Under the pieces are notes generated by a model. It was not told where the DNA came from. It ran no database searches and saw only the letters and a program-made list of their open reading frames with translations. 64,000 nucleotides of DNA from the human T2T-CHM13v2.0 reference genome, Homo sapiens. The stretch lies in assembly GCF_009914755.1 (NCBI RefSeq), contig NC_060936.1; one strand, written 5' to 3'. Both the position numbers and the translations under genes were made by a program. The first letter of the stretch is position 1, and every line of letters begins with the position of its first letter. Shown one piece after another: positions 27,829 to 45,359 of the stretch.

Positions 27829-28841
27829 ATGGGGAAAAAACAGAACAGAAAAACTGGAAACTCTAAAACGCAGAGCGCCTCTCCTCCTCCAAAGGAACGC
27901 AGTTCCTCACCAGCAACGGAACAAAGCTGGATGGAGAATGACTTTGAGGAGCTGAGAGAAGAAGGCTTCAGACGATCAAATTACTCTGAGCTACGGGAGG
28001 ACATTCAAACCAAAAGCAAAGAAGTTGAAAACTTTGAAAAAAATTTAGAAGAATATATAACTAGAATAACCAATACAGAGAAGTGCTTAAAGGAGCTGAT
28101 GGAGCTGAAAACCAAGGCTCGAGAACTACGTGAAGAATGCAGAAGCCGCAGGAGCCAATGCGATCAACTGGAAGAAAGGGTATCAGCAATGGAAGATGAA
28201 ATGAATGAAATGAAGCGAGAAGGGAAGTTTAGAGAAAAAAGAATAAAAAGAAATGAGCAAAGCCTCCAAGAAATATGGGACTATGTGAAAAGACCAAATC
28301 TACGTCTGATTGGTGTACCTGAAAGTGATGGGGAGAATGGAACCAAGTTGGAAAACACTCTGCAGGATATTATCCAGGAGAACTTCCCCAATCTAGCAAG
28401 GCAGGCCAACGTTCAGATTCAGGAAATACAGAGAATGCCACAAAGATACTCCTCGAGAAGAGCAACTCCAAGACACATAATTGTCAGATTCACCAAAGTT
28501 GAAATGAAGGAAAAAATGTTAAGGGCAACCAGAAAGGTCGGGTTACCCTCAAAGGGAAGCCCATCAGGCTAACAGCGGATCTCTCGGCAGAAACCCTACA
28601 AGCCAGAAGAGAGTGGGGGCCAATATTCAACAATCTTAAAGAAAAGAATTTTCAAGCCAGAATTTCATTTCCAGCCAAACTAAGCTTCATAAGTGAAGGA
28701 GAAATAAAATACTTTACAGACAAGCAAATGCTGAGACATTTTGTCACCGCCAGGCCTGCCCTAAAAGAGCTCCTGAAGGAAGCGCTAAACATGGAAAGGA
28801 ACAACCGGTACCAGCCGCTGCAAAATCATGCCAAAATGTAA
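27829..28841 (+). pseudogene. L1 ORF1p, frameshifted
   Basis: MGKKQNRKTGNSKTQSASPPPKERSSSP...; 4-bp loss in the AGAGAG run near 28531 gives a 247-aa product; native stop at 28839-28841. Confidence 0.93.
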
Positions 28842-28904
28842 AGACCATCGAGACTAGGAAGAAACTGCATCAACTAACGAGCAAAATCACCAGCTAACAT
28901 CATA

Positions 28905-32730
<3,826 letters not shown>

Positions 32731-32951
32731 ACAATGAGATCACATGGACACAGGAAGGGGAATATCACACTCTGGGGACTGTGGTGGGGTGGGGGGAGGG
32801 GGGAGGGATAGCATTGGGAGATATACCTAATGCTAGATGACGAGTTAGTGGGTGCAGCGCACCAGCATGGCACATGTATACATATGTAACTAACCTGCAC
32901 AATGTGCACATGTACCCTAAAACTTAAAGTATAATAAAAAAAAAAAGTTGA

Positions 32952-33453
32952 ACCTGAAAAGACAAGAAACATGAAATACTAAGGAGATGTTAAGTAATCT
33001 ACATTAGCAATCCAGGGGTACCAACATTTATCAAATGAGTCCTAGAGAAATAAAATAGAGAGTGCTTGTGTATGTGTGTGTCAGGGGAGGGGACCAATCA
33101 AAGGACTTTAAGAACGGTATTTCTTAGAGGTGAGAAACCTATTATTTGCCAGTGGGGAAGACCTTATCAAGGGTTGAAGAGAATCAGTGACAAAGACTTC
33201 ATGCTTTGATTTTTCCTTGTTTAATGTCCAAATATCAAAGATAAAGAAAACACCTGAAATTATTCAGAAGTATGCTTTATTACCAATTGATGAGAAGCAG
33301 GCCCATTCCAGGTTCCTCTGTAAAAACAAAGAATATTTAAGCTCCATAGTGTAATGTTTTTAGTGCTTTTGATTTGAAAATGGTTTTGAAATTAGAATTC
33401 TGTGCCCAATTAATGTACATACAAGTACATAAGGAATATTTTCATTCATGTTC
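32952..33453 (+). mobile_element. Ancient HAL1/L1M ORF1-like remnant (right part)
   Basis: AATCCAGGGGTACCAACAT, AAAGATAAAGAAAACACCT and TTTTGAAATTAGAATTCTGTGCCCA resemble old ORF1 3' half. Confidence 0.45.
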
Positions 33454-34389
33454 TGAGTATCAGAGTCATAGCAGGAAAAAGCTGGAACACTCAAATTTGG
33501 ATAATTAGAGGAGGGTTCATTTGCAAAGGAGGGTGGGTGATTAATTGTATTTGTCAACTTGAGTGGACTAAAGGATGCCTAGATAGCTGGGCAAACATTT
33601 CTGGATGTGTCTGTGAGAGTGTTTCAGGAACAGAATAGTGTATGAATCAGTAGTAGACTGAGCAAAGAATAGCTACCCTCAGCCGTGTGGGCAGGTTTCA
33701 TCCAATCCCCAGAGGGTCCAAAGAGAACAAAAATGTGGAGGAAGGGTAAATTCTCTGTCTCTCTGCTGTCTTGAGCTGGGGAGCTGAGACACCTATCTTC
33801 TCCTGCCATCCTGGTTTGAGGGCCTTCAGCCTCTGGACCCCACCAGCACCACCCTGCTTCCCTCCCAGGTTTTCATGCCTTCAACCTCAGACTGAAGGAT
33901 ACCACTAGCTTTCTGGGTTTTCCAAGTTGCAAATGGCAGATGGTGGAACTTCTTGGCCTCCAAAGTCACGTAAGCCAGTTTTTATAACAAATTGTACCCC
34001 CGTATATATACACACACCTATATTTATATATATATCATGTTGGTTCTGTTTCTCTGGAGAACTCTGACTAGTAACAGAAGAGGATAGTTAGTGGAACTTT
34101 GAAAGAGAGATATGTAGATAAATCACTCAATCTGACCTTTGATCAAAGTAAATATCCAGTCCATGGTGGGAAGCCCTTGCAGGGAGGGAACCAGGGATGA
34201 AATACCCTAACCTTTTCTCTCTTCTTCTAATCTCCTGTCAGAACTTCTTATGGACTGAACCCAGAAGAAAGCTAGATGATGTGCAGACTTTGGATGCAAT
34301 TCACACAGGCTAGTTCCTTGCGGATAGAAAGCAGGTTTAAAAAGAGCAGAGACGGACTCTGGAGAGACAGACTAAATATATTTGGCATA
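33454..34389 (-). mobile_element. ERVL LTR (LTR41/LTR33-like), split by MLT2
   Basis: TATCAGAGTCATAGCAGGAAAAAGCTGGAACACTCAAATTTGGATAATT start; GCAGGGAGGGAACCAGGGATGAAATACCCTAACC after 34077. Confidence 0.6.
33534..34076 (+). mobile_element. MLT2B-like ERVL LTR
   Basis: TTAATTGTATTTGTCAACTTGAGTGGACTAAAGGATGCCTAGATAGCTGG...TTGGTTCTGTTTCTCTGGAGAACTCTGACTA. Confidence 0.9.
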
Positions 34390-34981
34390 TTGTGTCTCAG
34401 AAAGTTTACCTCATATAACTGTGATATTTGTACTTGGAGAAACATGAAAAAATAGAGATAAAATAAGACACTGAATTCAAGAGACAGTGGAATTAAACTC
34501 ATTATGGAAGATACAGAGTAGATTTAATCTGTCAATTTATTATTTAATAAGTAATTTAAGAAAATTCATAATTTTGGTAACATTGTAAGAAAGCAAGAAT
34601 AAAGAGAAAGACATAAGTTTAGGTAAAATTATATTTTGTACAATAATAATGTTTAAATATGAAGCAAACTAAAATATAATATATAAAGTATTAAGAAATT
34701 GATTGAGCATAAGCAATAGAATCCTTTCAATCTTGACACGTTAACATTCTGTCTCAAGTGAAATAAATTTAGTAACACATAACCGTAATGTAGTATTTCT
34801 CTATAGGTCAATTTTGCTACTTGATTCTGCACTTAATAATAATTGCATAAGCATAATATTACAAATACCATCTTGTTTAGAATTAACCTATGGATACAAA
34901 AAAAGTAGTACCATTACAGAGCAGAAATTAAATGCTCTACTATAGCACTATATAGCATATTATATCTATTATATATATATA

Positions 34982-35115
34982 TTGCAAATGAACCCTCCTC
35001 TAATTATCCAAATTTGAATGTTTTAGCTTTTTCCTGCTAAGACCCTGATACACAGAACATGACTGACTGAAAATATTCCTCATGTACTTGAATGTACCTT
35101 AATTGGATACAGAAT
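34982..35115 (-). repeat. Inverted local duplication of 33397-33526, embedded in (TA)n
   Basis: Manual alignment: 12 mismatches in 130 bp plus one 4-bp indel; terminal 36 bp identical. Confidence 0.93.
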
Positions 35116-35339
35116 ATATACATACATATACACATATATATATACGTATATACATATATATATACACACATATAGATATATGTAAAACAAAGCAATAATA
35201 TCACTGGCACAAGTTGGAAGGCAAAGTAGATAGTAAGAGAATGATAAATGTAAGACTAAAGATTGCCTAATTTTGTATAATATGAAGTCAATATGAATTG
35301 TTTAATTTTATATTTAAAAAATGGAGGGTTAAGCTTACT

Positions 35340-38200
35340 GATAGAAGAATCACTCCCTAACTTAAGAAAAATCTGGGCAAAATAAAACTCAGTTATTTCG
35401 TTGTATCCCACAGAAAACTAAGGTCACAGGGCAAATCACTGTCCTGAAATCTGAACAAATAAATGTATACAGAGAGACAAAGTTGGTATCTGCTTAGACA
35501 GAAAAGAAGTCACATAAGCCATAAACTGGTAAGAACACTTAAATGGTAATTTTGATGAATTCCTGGAGGCCAACAGTGAACTAGCCTGACAGTGAGAAAG
35601 TTCTAGTGGTTCACAATCTTATGTGGGCCCCACACTTTCACTTTGCTAGGCTTAAATTCCAGCAATCCCACCAGATTCATAGAGCCTAGCTAAGGTGGCT
35701 ATGGCAGGAGAAAAGGGGAGAATAATCATTATAAAATGCCGCTGCAATCTTCTCCATGACCAAATCTTATTCTCTAGGTAACAACACTTTGCCAGTGTCT
35801 TGTCCCAGCTGTGAAAGGGGAATTCCTTCCAATCAAGTCTGCTCAAGTTTTTTCTCTCACCAAAGCATGAAAAATGTAGTCCACAGGACTCAGGTCAGGG
35901 AAGTCAACTGAGAACACTGAAGACACAAATGGGAGTAGAGGGCAGAAGTCCACTAGAGAAACACTTCTGAATACCACAGTCCTGGGACTAGGCCCACTAA
36001 AACACTGAAATTTAATCAGGGGATTATAGAACGCACACCTTGCTCCACATTTTAAAGCCCAAGAAGACTCCAGTGTACTAACAGTTGATTATTGCCAGAA
36101 GGACTGTAAGATACAGCCTCTCCCTGAGAAAAAAATATTTAAAGAATACAAAAGTCATTGGGAAATATAAAAACAAAACAAACAAAAAAACTAGAATCAT
36201 CTGGCTATAGTAAAAATTAAACACAACTGAATTTCTATCTAGTTTCATGTAATATCTCACACTAATTCCTATTATCTGATACAAAATGTATAAATTTTAA
36301 CAAAAACAATTATAAGGCATGCTAAAAGCCAATAAAAAACAGTCTGAAGCTATGAAATTGAGACAGAACATAAATTCTTGCATTAGTGGACAGGGAATTT
36401 AAAATGACCCTGATTAATATGGTAAGAATTTCAATGGAAAGAGTAGTCAACTTTCCAGAATATTTGGGTAATGTATACGGACAGATGAAAATTCTGTGAA
36501 ATAAGCTGAACCCAGTCAAGGTAATAATCAGTGGCTTGAAAAGATAGGTCAATGGAAATCTCTCCAAATGAAATTCAAACAGAAAACAATAATAATTTTT
36601 AAAAACAGCATCCAAGAACTATGGGACAATATCAAAAAGTAAAATATATGCATGTTGCAGTGCCAGAAGGAGAAGAGATAGCAAAACAGAGGATTTATTT
36701 AAAATAATAATGGCCAAGAACTTTGCCAAATTAGTGGCAGACACAAAACCACAGATCAAGAAAGCTCTGTGAAAAACAAACAGGTAGATAGAAAAAAAAA
36801 AAAAGCAAACATCAACAAAAACTACACCTGGAAATGTAATATTCAAACATTGAAAAAGTAAACACAGAAAAAGAAAATCTTGAAAGAAGACAGACCAATG
36901 AAGTGGGAATAGGGACACTTACTAATTTAAGAATAAAGATACGAATTATTATATGATGGTCTTCTTTTCAGAAAACATGCAAACGGGAAGACACTGAAGC
37001 AAAACAATCAATGTGGTCAGGGAAAAAACATATGAAACTAGAATTTCACACCCAGCAAAATTATCTTTCAAAAGTGAAGAATAAACTAAAGATTTTTCTC
37101 AAACAAAAAATAAATAAAAAATCCTAAGGAAATGTATTGCCAGTAGATCTGCTCTGCAAGAAATGTTGAAAGACTTCTTCAGTGATAGGATAATGTATGT
37201 AGGTCCAAAACTTGTACGTATATAAAGGAAAAGAACTAAAGAAGGAATAAATGGAGATGATTGATTATTTTGTATAAGAAATATCTTTGTCAAATTAGTT
37301 TTGAAAATTAGTTAACATGTAAGGCTTTTCGGTAATGATACAGCCACTGGTGAAAAACAAAAAAAAAGGTCATTCAGTTAAAAACACTAAAGAGATGAAG
37401 AAAGTAATATTATTATATAAGGCTAACAGTATTCAAAAGAAATCTGTGGTAACTGTTTTAGTTTCAAATAAAGCTAAGCTCAGAATAAGGAAGATTACGA
37501 GAGATGCATTACACAAAAATAAAGAAATCAATTCTTCAGGAAGACAAAACAATCTTCAATGTATATGTGCCTACCAGCAGATCATAGTTTTGCCTCAAAT
37601 ACATGAGGCAAAAACTGAACTGAAAGGAGAAATAAATAAAAACTACTATTATAGTTAGACTTTAATGCTTTTCTGTTAGTAACTGGTAGGTAGAGCAGCA
37701 GAACAACTGTAAGAATACATATTGCTTGAACACCCCTATTAATCAATCTGATCTTTCTGACATTCATAGAACAGTACAGGCCACACTGGAGAATACACAT
37801 TTTTCTCAAACTTGCAGGAATCAATTACTAAGATAAACCAAATTTTGGGTCATAAAATGTACCTTAACATATTTTAAAGTATTTAAATTATACCATGTAT
37901 GTCCTCAGATCAAAATAGAATTAAACTAGAAGTCAATAAAGGAATTGAGCTGGGAAATATCCCAAAATATTTGAAATTAAACTACACAGTTTTAAGTAAC
38001 AGATGTTCAAAGAAAAAGTGTCAAGAGAAATTCAAAAATATTTTGAACTAACTTAATATGAAAATATAATACATCAGAATGTGTGGCTACAACAGAAACA
38101 GAGCTTACAGGGAAACTTCTAGCATTAAGTACATAAATTAGAAAATAAAATCTCAGTTCAATAACTAATTTAAATAAGTAAATGAATAAATAAATCAATG
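35340..38200 (+). mobile_element. Old L1M (L1MC/MD-like) 5'UTR, ORF1 and ORF2 endonuclease remnants
   Basis: AAGAACACTTAAATGGTAATTTTGATGAATT 5' motif; ORF1-like CAAGAACTATGGGACAATATCAAAA; ORF2-like GAATTAAACTAGAAGTCAATAA. Confidence 0.8.
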
Positions 38201-38229
38201 AGAAATTAGACAAAATTTCTATGAAGAAA

Positions 38230-38930
38230 AGTTCCAAAAAGTGTATATGGTACTCTCTCCTGAAGGAATTGAGGGATAAAAGATCAGTCCTTAAATGAAG
38301 ATTTTATATTATAACTTCTTTCTAAAGAGCAGAATATGATGAGGAGAAAAAAGGTAACTTGTAGTTGAGGCACTTGCAAACACTATCTCAGCCAGGTGAT
38401 CAAGGTTAATATAATTAGTGATAAACCCTGTTGTTTGTGTGTACCCTTGCTATGGTGCGATGATGACAAGGATACTTTAGCTCTGTGTTTTTTTTCCCTA
38501 GTAATCCATAACCTTATTCTAATTTTAAGAAATATAGTCCCCAAACCCAATAGATTGACTTTCTTTACAATACCAGACCAGTACTCCTCAAAATTGTTAA
38601 GGTCCTAAATAAAGGAAAAATAAAGTATGAGAAATTCTCACTGCCAAGAGGAAGAGGAACCAAAGAAAACAAAACAAGGATTGTTCTAGATTGAATCCTG
38701 GAAAGAAAAGGACATTAGGCAAAAACAAAGAGAACGTAAATAAAAAAGGGGCTTCAGTAAATAATCATATATCAATATTAGTTCAATATTAGTTCATAAC
38801 ACATCTACCATACTAACGTAAGATGTTAATATTAGTGACACTTGATGTGGGATATATGAAAACTATCTATGCTGTGTTCTCAATTTTCCTATAATTTTAA
38901 ATCTAATCTAAAACAAATAGTTCATCAAAT
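38230..38930 (+). mobile_element. L1MD-like 3' end
   Basis: CACTATCTCAGCCAGGTGATCAAGGTTAATAT; GACCAGTACTCCTCAAAATTGTTAAGGTC; ACCATACTAACGTAAGATGTTAAT. Confidence 0.8.
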
Positions 38931-39020
38931 AATAAAGCTAAGTATTAAAATTCTAAATGAATTTTTAAAATTATAAATGATAATTACAAATAAAAAGAAA
39001 AGTTGAGAGCAGAAATGCAG

Positions 39021-40882
39021 ATCTGATAAACAACTTCAGCAAAGCCTAGGATACAAAATCAATGTACAAAAATCAGTAGTATTTCTATACATCAATAACA
39101 TTCAAGCTGTGAACCAAATTAGAAAATTTGATCCTGTTGACAACAGTCACAAAAATAAAATACAATACCTAGGAATACATCTAACCAAAGAAGTGAAAAA
39201 TCTCTACAAGGAGAACTACAAAACACTGCTGAAAGAAAACATAGATGACACAAATGGAAAAGCATTCCATGATCATAGACTTAAAGAATCAATATTGTTA
39301 ATATGTCCATACTGCTCAAAGCTATCTACAGATTCAGCACTATTCCTATCAAATCACCAACATTATTTTTTACAGAATTAGAAACAACTATTCTAAAATT
39401 CATATAGAACCAAAAAGAGCCCAAATAGCCAAGGCAATCTTAGGCAAAAAGAATAAAGCCAAAGGCATCATTTTACCCAACTTCAAACTACACTACAAGG
39501 CTACAGTAACCAAAATAGCATAGTACTGGTACAAAAATAAACACATAGAACAATGGAACAGGATAGAGAACCCAGAAATAAAGCCATACACCTAAAATTA
39601 CTGATCTTTGACAAAGTTGACAAAAATAAACAATGGCAAAATGATACTCTATTTAAATAGTGCTGAGAAAACTGGCTAGTCGTGGGCAGAATAATTAAAC
39701 TGGTTCCCTACCTCTCACCTTAAACAAAAATTAACATAAGATAGTTCTAAGACTTAAATATAAGACCTCAAAGTATAAAAATCCTAGAAGAAAACTGAGG
39801 AAATACCCTTCTAGACATTGGCCTAGGCAAATAATTTATGTCTTCTAAAGCAATTGCAACAAAAACAAAAATTGACAAGTAGGACCTAATTAAAGAACTT
39901 CTGCACAGTGAAATAAATTATCAGTAGAATAAACAGACAACCTACAGAATGGAGGAAAATATTTGCAAACTATGCATCTGACAAAGGTCTGATACCCAGA
40001 ATCTATAAGGAACTTAATTCAACAAGCAAAAAGCAAGAAACCCAATTTAAAAATTGGCAAAGGACGTGAACAGACATGTCTCAAAAGAAGACATATATGC
40101 AGCAAACAAACATATAAAAAAATGGGTCATGTTACTAATCAGAGAAATGCAAGTCAAAACCACAATGAGGTATCATCTCACACTAATCAGAATGGCTGTT
40201 ATTAAACTGTCAAAACATTACATATGTTGGCTAGGTTGTGGAGAAAAGGGAATCCTTACACACTGTTGGTGGGAATACATATTAGTTCAACCTCTGTGGA
40301 GAACAGTTTGGAGATTTCTGGAAAACTAAAAATAGAAGTATCAATTGACCAGGAATCCCATTACTGAGTATATACTAAAAGGAAAATAAACCATTCTACC
40401 AAGAGACACCAAAACTCACAAGTTTATTGAAGCACTATTCACAATAGCAAAAACGGGGAATCAACCTAGGTGCCATCAGTAGTGGACTGGATAAAGAAAG
40501 TGTGGTACCTATACACCACGGAATAATATTCAGCCATAAAAATGAATAAAATAATGTCCTTTGCAGCAACATGAATGCAGCTGGAGGCCTTTATCCTGAG
40601 TGAATAAATGCAGAAACAGAAAATCAAATCCAACACGTTCTCACTTATAAGTGGAAACTAAACATTGGTTACAAATGAATACAAAGATAGGAACAATAAA
40701 CACTGGGGATTAAAAAAGGGGCAAGGAGAAAGACAGGCAAGGGTTGTAAAACTACCTACCAGCTACTATGATCACTACTTGGTTGATAAGATGATTAGAA
40801 GCCCAAACCACAGCATCACAAAATATTCCCAGGTAACAAAGCTGCATATGTACTCCCTAAATCTAAAAGAAAAAAAAAAAAA
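39021..40882 (+). mobile_element. L1PB3/4-like 5'-truncated element
   Basis: Degenerate ORF2 3' third (ORFs 39109, 40054); 3'UTR AGAAGCCCAAACCACAGCATCAC...; poly(A) ~40864-40882. Confidence 0.88.
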
Positions 40883-41063
40883 GATTGTCCAAAAAATAAA
40901 AAGAGGAGGGAGAAGAGAAGAAGAAAGGCCATGTGTATCAATTTTTTTTTTAATTTTTATCAGAAAGGCACAATAAATATTGGTTTAAATTAATAAATAT
41001 GTCAACACATTATTTAAATTTACAGTGAAAGTCACTAAAAGAGCTAAAAACAAAATGGTGTAA

Positions 41064-41435
<372 letters not shown>

Positions 41436-41716
41436 AGCTGTATTGTTTGACTGTTGTTCCATGTATATACAATGTCTTTAATATAACAACCAACTATTAT
41501 TGAAAGAGAAGATATATAATATAAAATCAATCATTTAAGCATAACTTTGGGGCTAAGTATTTTCAAAGCTTAAGCTATTTGTGGGAGAGAAAGGTCAGTG
41601 TGAGGTGTCAAGAAATAGTAAAATTATATATCAAATTCCTAATCTTAATTTGAAAGAACTCATATGGCCTTGTCCTACTAGAAGAATAAAATAATTCTAA
41701 AATCATAAAGGCAACT

Positions 41717-44700
41717 GTGGTGGGCTGAATAATGGTCTCTTCAAGATGTCTGTGTTCTAATCTCCAGAACCTATGAATGAATATGTTAGCTGACACAGTA
41801 AAATAAACTTTTCAAATGTGATTAAGTTAATAATCTTTTCTGTTTATTATACTTTAAGTTCTAGGGTACATGTGCACAACGTGCAGGTTTGATACATAGG
41901 TATACATGGGCCATGTTGGTTTGCTGCATCCATCAACTCATCATTTACATTAGGTATTTCTCCTAATGCTATCCCTCCCCCAGCCCTTCACCCCCCAAAA
42001 GGCCCCGGTGTGTGATGTTCCCCACCCTGTGTCCAAGTGATCTCATTGTTCAATTCCCACATATGAGTGAGAACATACGGTGTTGGGTTTTCGGTCCTTG
42101 TGATAGTTTGCTGAGAATGATGGTTTCCAGCTTCATCCATGTCCCTGCAAAGGACATGAACTCATCTTTTTTTATGTCTGCATAGTATTCCATGGTGTAT
42201 ACGTGCCACATTTTCTTAATCCAGTCTATCATTGATGGACATTTGAGTTGGTTCCAAGTCTTTGCTATTGTGAATAGTGCTGCAGTAAACATATGTGTGC
42301 ATGTGTCTTTATAGTAGAATGATTTATAATCCTTTGGGTATATACCCAGTAATGGGATTGCTGAGTCAAATGGTATTTCTAGTTCTAGAACCTTAAGGAA
42401 TCACCACACTGTATTCCACAAGGTTTGAAGTAATTTACACTCCCACCAACAGTGTAAAAGTGTTCCTATTTCTCCACATCTTCTCCCGCACCTGTTGTTT
42501 CCTGACTTTTTAATGATCGCCATTCTAACTGGTGTGAGATGGTATCTCATTGTGGTTTTGATTTGCATTTCTCTGATGACCAGTGATGATGAGCATTTTT
42601 TCATGTGTCTGTTGGCTGCATAGATGTCTTCTTTTGAGAAGTGTCTGTTCATATCCTTTGCCCACTTTTTGATGGGGTTGTTTGCTTTTTTTTGGAAATT
42701 TGTTTGCATTCTTTGTAGATTCTGGATATTAGCCCTTTGTCAGATGGGTAGATTACAAAAATTTTCTCCCATTCTGTAGGTTGCCTGTTCACTCTGATGG
42801 TAGTTTCTTTTGCCATGCAGAAGCTCTTTAGTTTAATTAGATCCCATTTGTCTATTTTGGCTTTTGTTGCCATTGCTTTTGGTGTTTTAATCATGAAGTA
42901 CTTGCCCATGCCTATGTCCTGAATGGTATTGCCTAGGTTTTCTTCTAGGGTTTTTATGGTTTTAGGTCTAACACTGAAGTCTTTGATTTATCTTGAACTA
43001 AATTTTGTATAAGGTGTAAGGAAGGGATCCAGTTTCAGCTTTCTACACATGGCTACCCAGTTTTCCCAGCACCATTTATTAAATAGGGAATCCTTTCCCC
43101 ATTGCTTGTTTTTGTCAAAGATCAGATGGTTGTAGATGTGTGGTGTTAGTTCTGAGGCCTCTGTTCTGTTCCATTGGTCTATATATCTGTTTTGGTACCA
43201 GTACCATGCTGTTTGGTTACTGTAGCCTTTTAGTATAGTTTGAAGTCAGGTAGCATGATGCCTCCAACTTTGTTATTTTTGCTTAGGATTGTCTTGGCAA
43301 TGCAGCCTCTTTTTTGGTTCCATATGAACTTTAAAGTAGTTTTTTCCAATTTTGTGAAGAAAGTCATTGGTAGCTTGATGGGGATGGCATTGAATCTATA
43401 AATTACTTTGGTTAGTATGGCCATTTTCACAATATTGATTCTTCCTATCCATAAGCATGGAATATTCTTCCATTTGTTTGTGTACTCTTTTATTTTGTTG
43501 AGCAGTGGTTTGTAATTCTCCTTGAAGAGGTCCTTCACATCCCTTGAAAGTTGGATTCCTAAGTATTTTATTCTCTTTGTAGCAATTGTAAATGGGAGTT
43601 CACTCATGATTTGGCTGTTTGTCTGTTAATGGTGTATAGGAATTCTTGTGATTTTTGCACATTGATTTTGTATCCTGAGACTTTGCTGAAGTTGCTTATC
43701 AGCTTAAGGAGATTTGGGGCTGAGACCCTGGAGTTTTCTAAATATACAATCATGTCTTCTGCAAACAGGGACCATTTAACTTCCTCATTTCCTAATTGAA
43801 TACCCTTTATTTCTTTCTCTTTCTTAACTGATTGCCCTGGCCAGAACTTCCAACTCTATGTTAAATAGCAGTGGTGAGAGAGGGCATGCTTTTCTTGTGC
43901 CAGTTTTCAAAGGGAATGCTTCCAGTTTTTGCCTATTCAGTATGATGTTGGCTGTGGGTTTGTCATAAATATCTCTTATTATTTTGAGATACATTCCAAC
44001 AGTACATAGTTTATTGAGAGTTTTTAGCATGAAGCGCTGTTGAATTTTGTTGAAGGTCTTTTCTGCATCTATTGAGATAATCATGTGGTTTTTTCGTTGG
44101 TTCTGTTTATGTGATGTATTACATTTATTGATTTGTATAGGTTGAACCAGCCTTGCATCCTGGGGATCAAGCCCACGTGATCATGGTGGATAACCTTTTT
44201 GATGTGCTGCTGGACTCAGTTTGCCAGTATTTTATTGATGATTTTCACATCGATGTTCACCATGGATATTGGTCTAAAATTATCTTTTTCTTGTTGTGTC
44301 TCTGCCAGGCTTTGGTATCAGGATGATGTTGACCTCACAAGATGAGTTAGGGAGGATTCCCTCTTTTTCTATTGATTGGAATAGTTTCAGAAGGAATGGT
44401 ACCAGCTCCTCTTTGTACCTCTGGTAGAATTTGGCTCTAAATCCGTCTGGTCCTGGACTTTTTTTGGTTGGTAGGCTATTAATTATTGCCTCAATTTCAG
44501 AGTCGGTTATTGGTCTATTCAGAGATTCAACTTCTTCCTGATTTAGTCTTAGGAGGGTGTATATGTACAGGAAATTATCCATTTCTACTAGATTTTCTAG
44601 TTTATTTGCATAGAGGTGTTTATAGTATTCACTGATGGTAGTTTGTATGTCTGTGGGATCAGTGGTGACATCCCCTTTATCATTTTTTATTTTGTCTATT

Positions 44701-45256
44701 TGATTCTCACATACAAAGACTCACATAGGCTCAAAATAAAGGGATGCAGGATGATCTAACAAGCAAATGGAAAGCAAAAAAAAGCAGGGGTTGCAATCCT
44801 AGTCTCTGATAATACAGACTTTAAACCAAAAAGATTAAAAGAGACAAAGAAGGCCATTACATAATGGTAAGTTAACAATCTTAAAGAGAGTGATTACCCT
44901 GAATGTTTTCAGTAAGTCCTACTTAATCACAATTGTCTTTATTGGAGAGAGGCAGAGGGAGATTTTACTATAATAGTGTCAAAGCGATGCAGTGTGAGAA
45001 AGATTTGCTCAGTCATTGCTTGCTTTGGAGATGGAGGAAGGAAATCTTTGGCCAAGGAATACAGGTGATACAGGTGGTTTCTAGAAGTTGGGAAAGGAAA
45101 AGTAACAACTGTTCTGTGGAATCTTCCAGAAGATATGCAGCCCTGCCAAAAAAATGCTGTTAGAAGTCTGATATCCAGACCTGTAAGAGAATAGATTTGT
45201 TTTTACATCAAATAAGTTTGTGGAAATTTGTACTGCAGCAATGAGAAACTAATACA
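41717..45256 (+). mobile_element. MLT1D-like LTR split by L1PA6 (pieces 41717-41837 and 44868-45256)
   Basis: TGTGGTGGGCTGAATAATGG start; TCCAGACCTGTAAGAGAATAGATTTG...GCAGCAATGAGAAACTAATACA end. Confidence 0.85.
41838..44870 (-). mobile_element. L1PA6-like, 5'-truncated and 5'-inverted (twin priming)
   Basis: 41838-44707 antisense 3'UTR/ORF2; 44705-44870 sense endonuclease segment; TSD TAAGTTAA(T/C)AATCTT at 41823-41837 and 44868-44882 followed by AA. Confidence 0.95.
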
Positions 45257-45359
45257 GTAATATAAGTAGAAATAAGAACAGAAATATTATATATGCATAT
45301 ACACGTTCACACAAATTTACACATCAAAAATAAGATCAAATGTAATCTATATAACAAGA

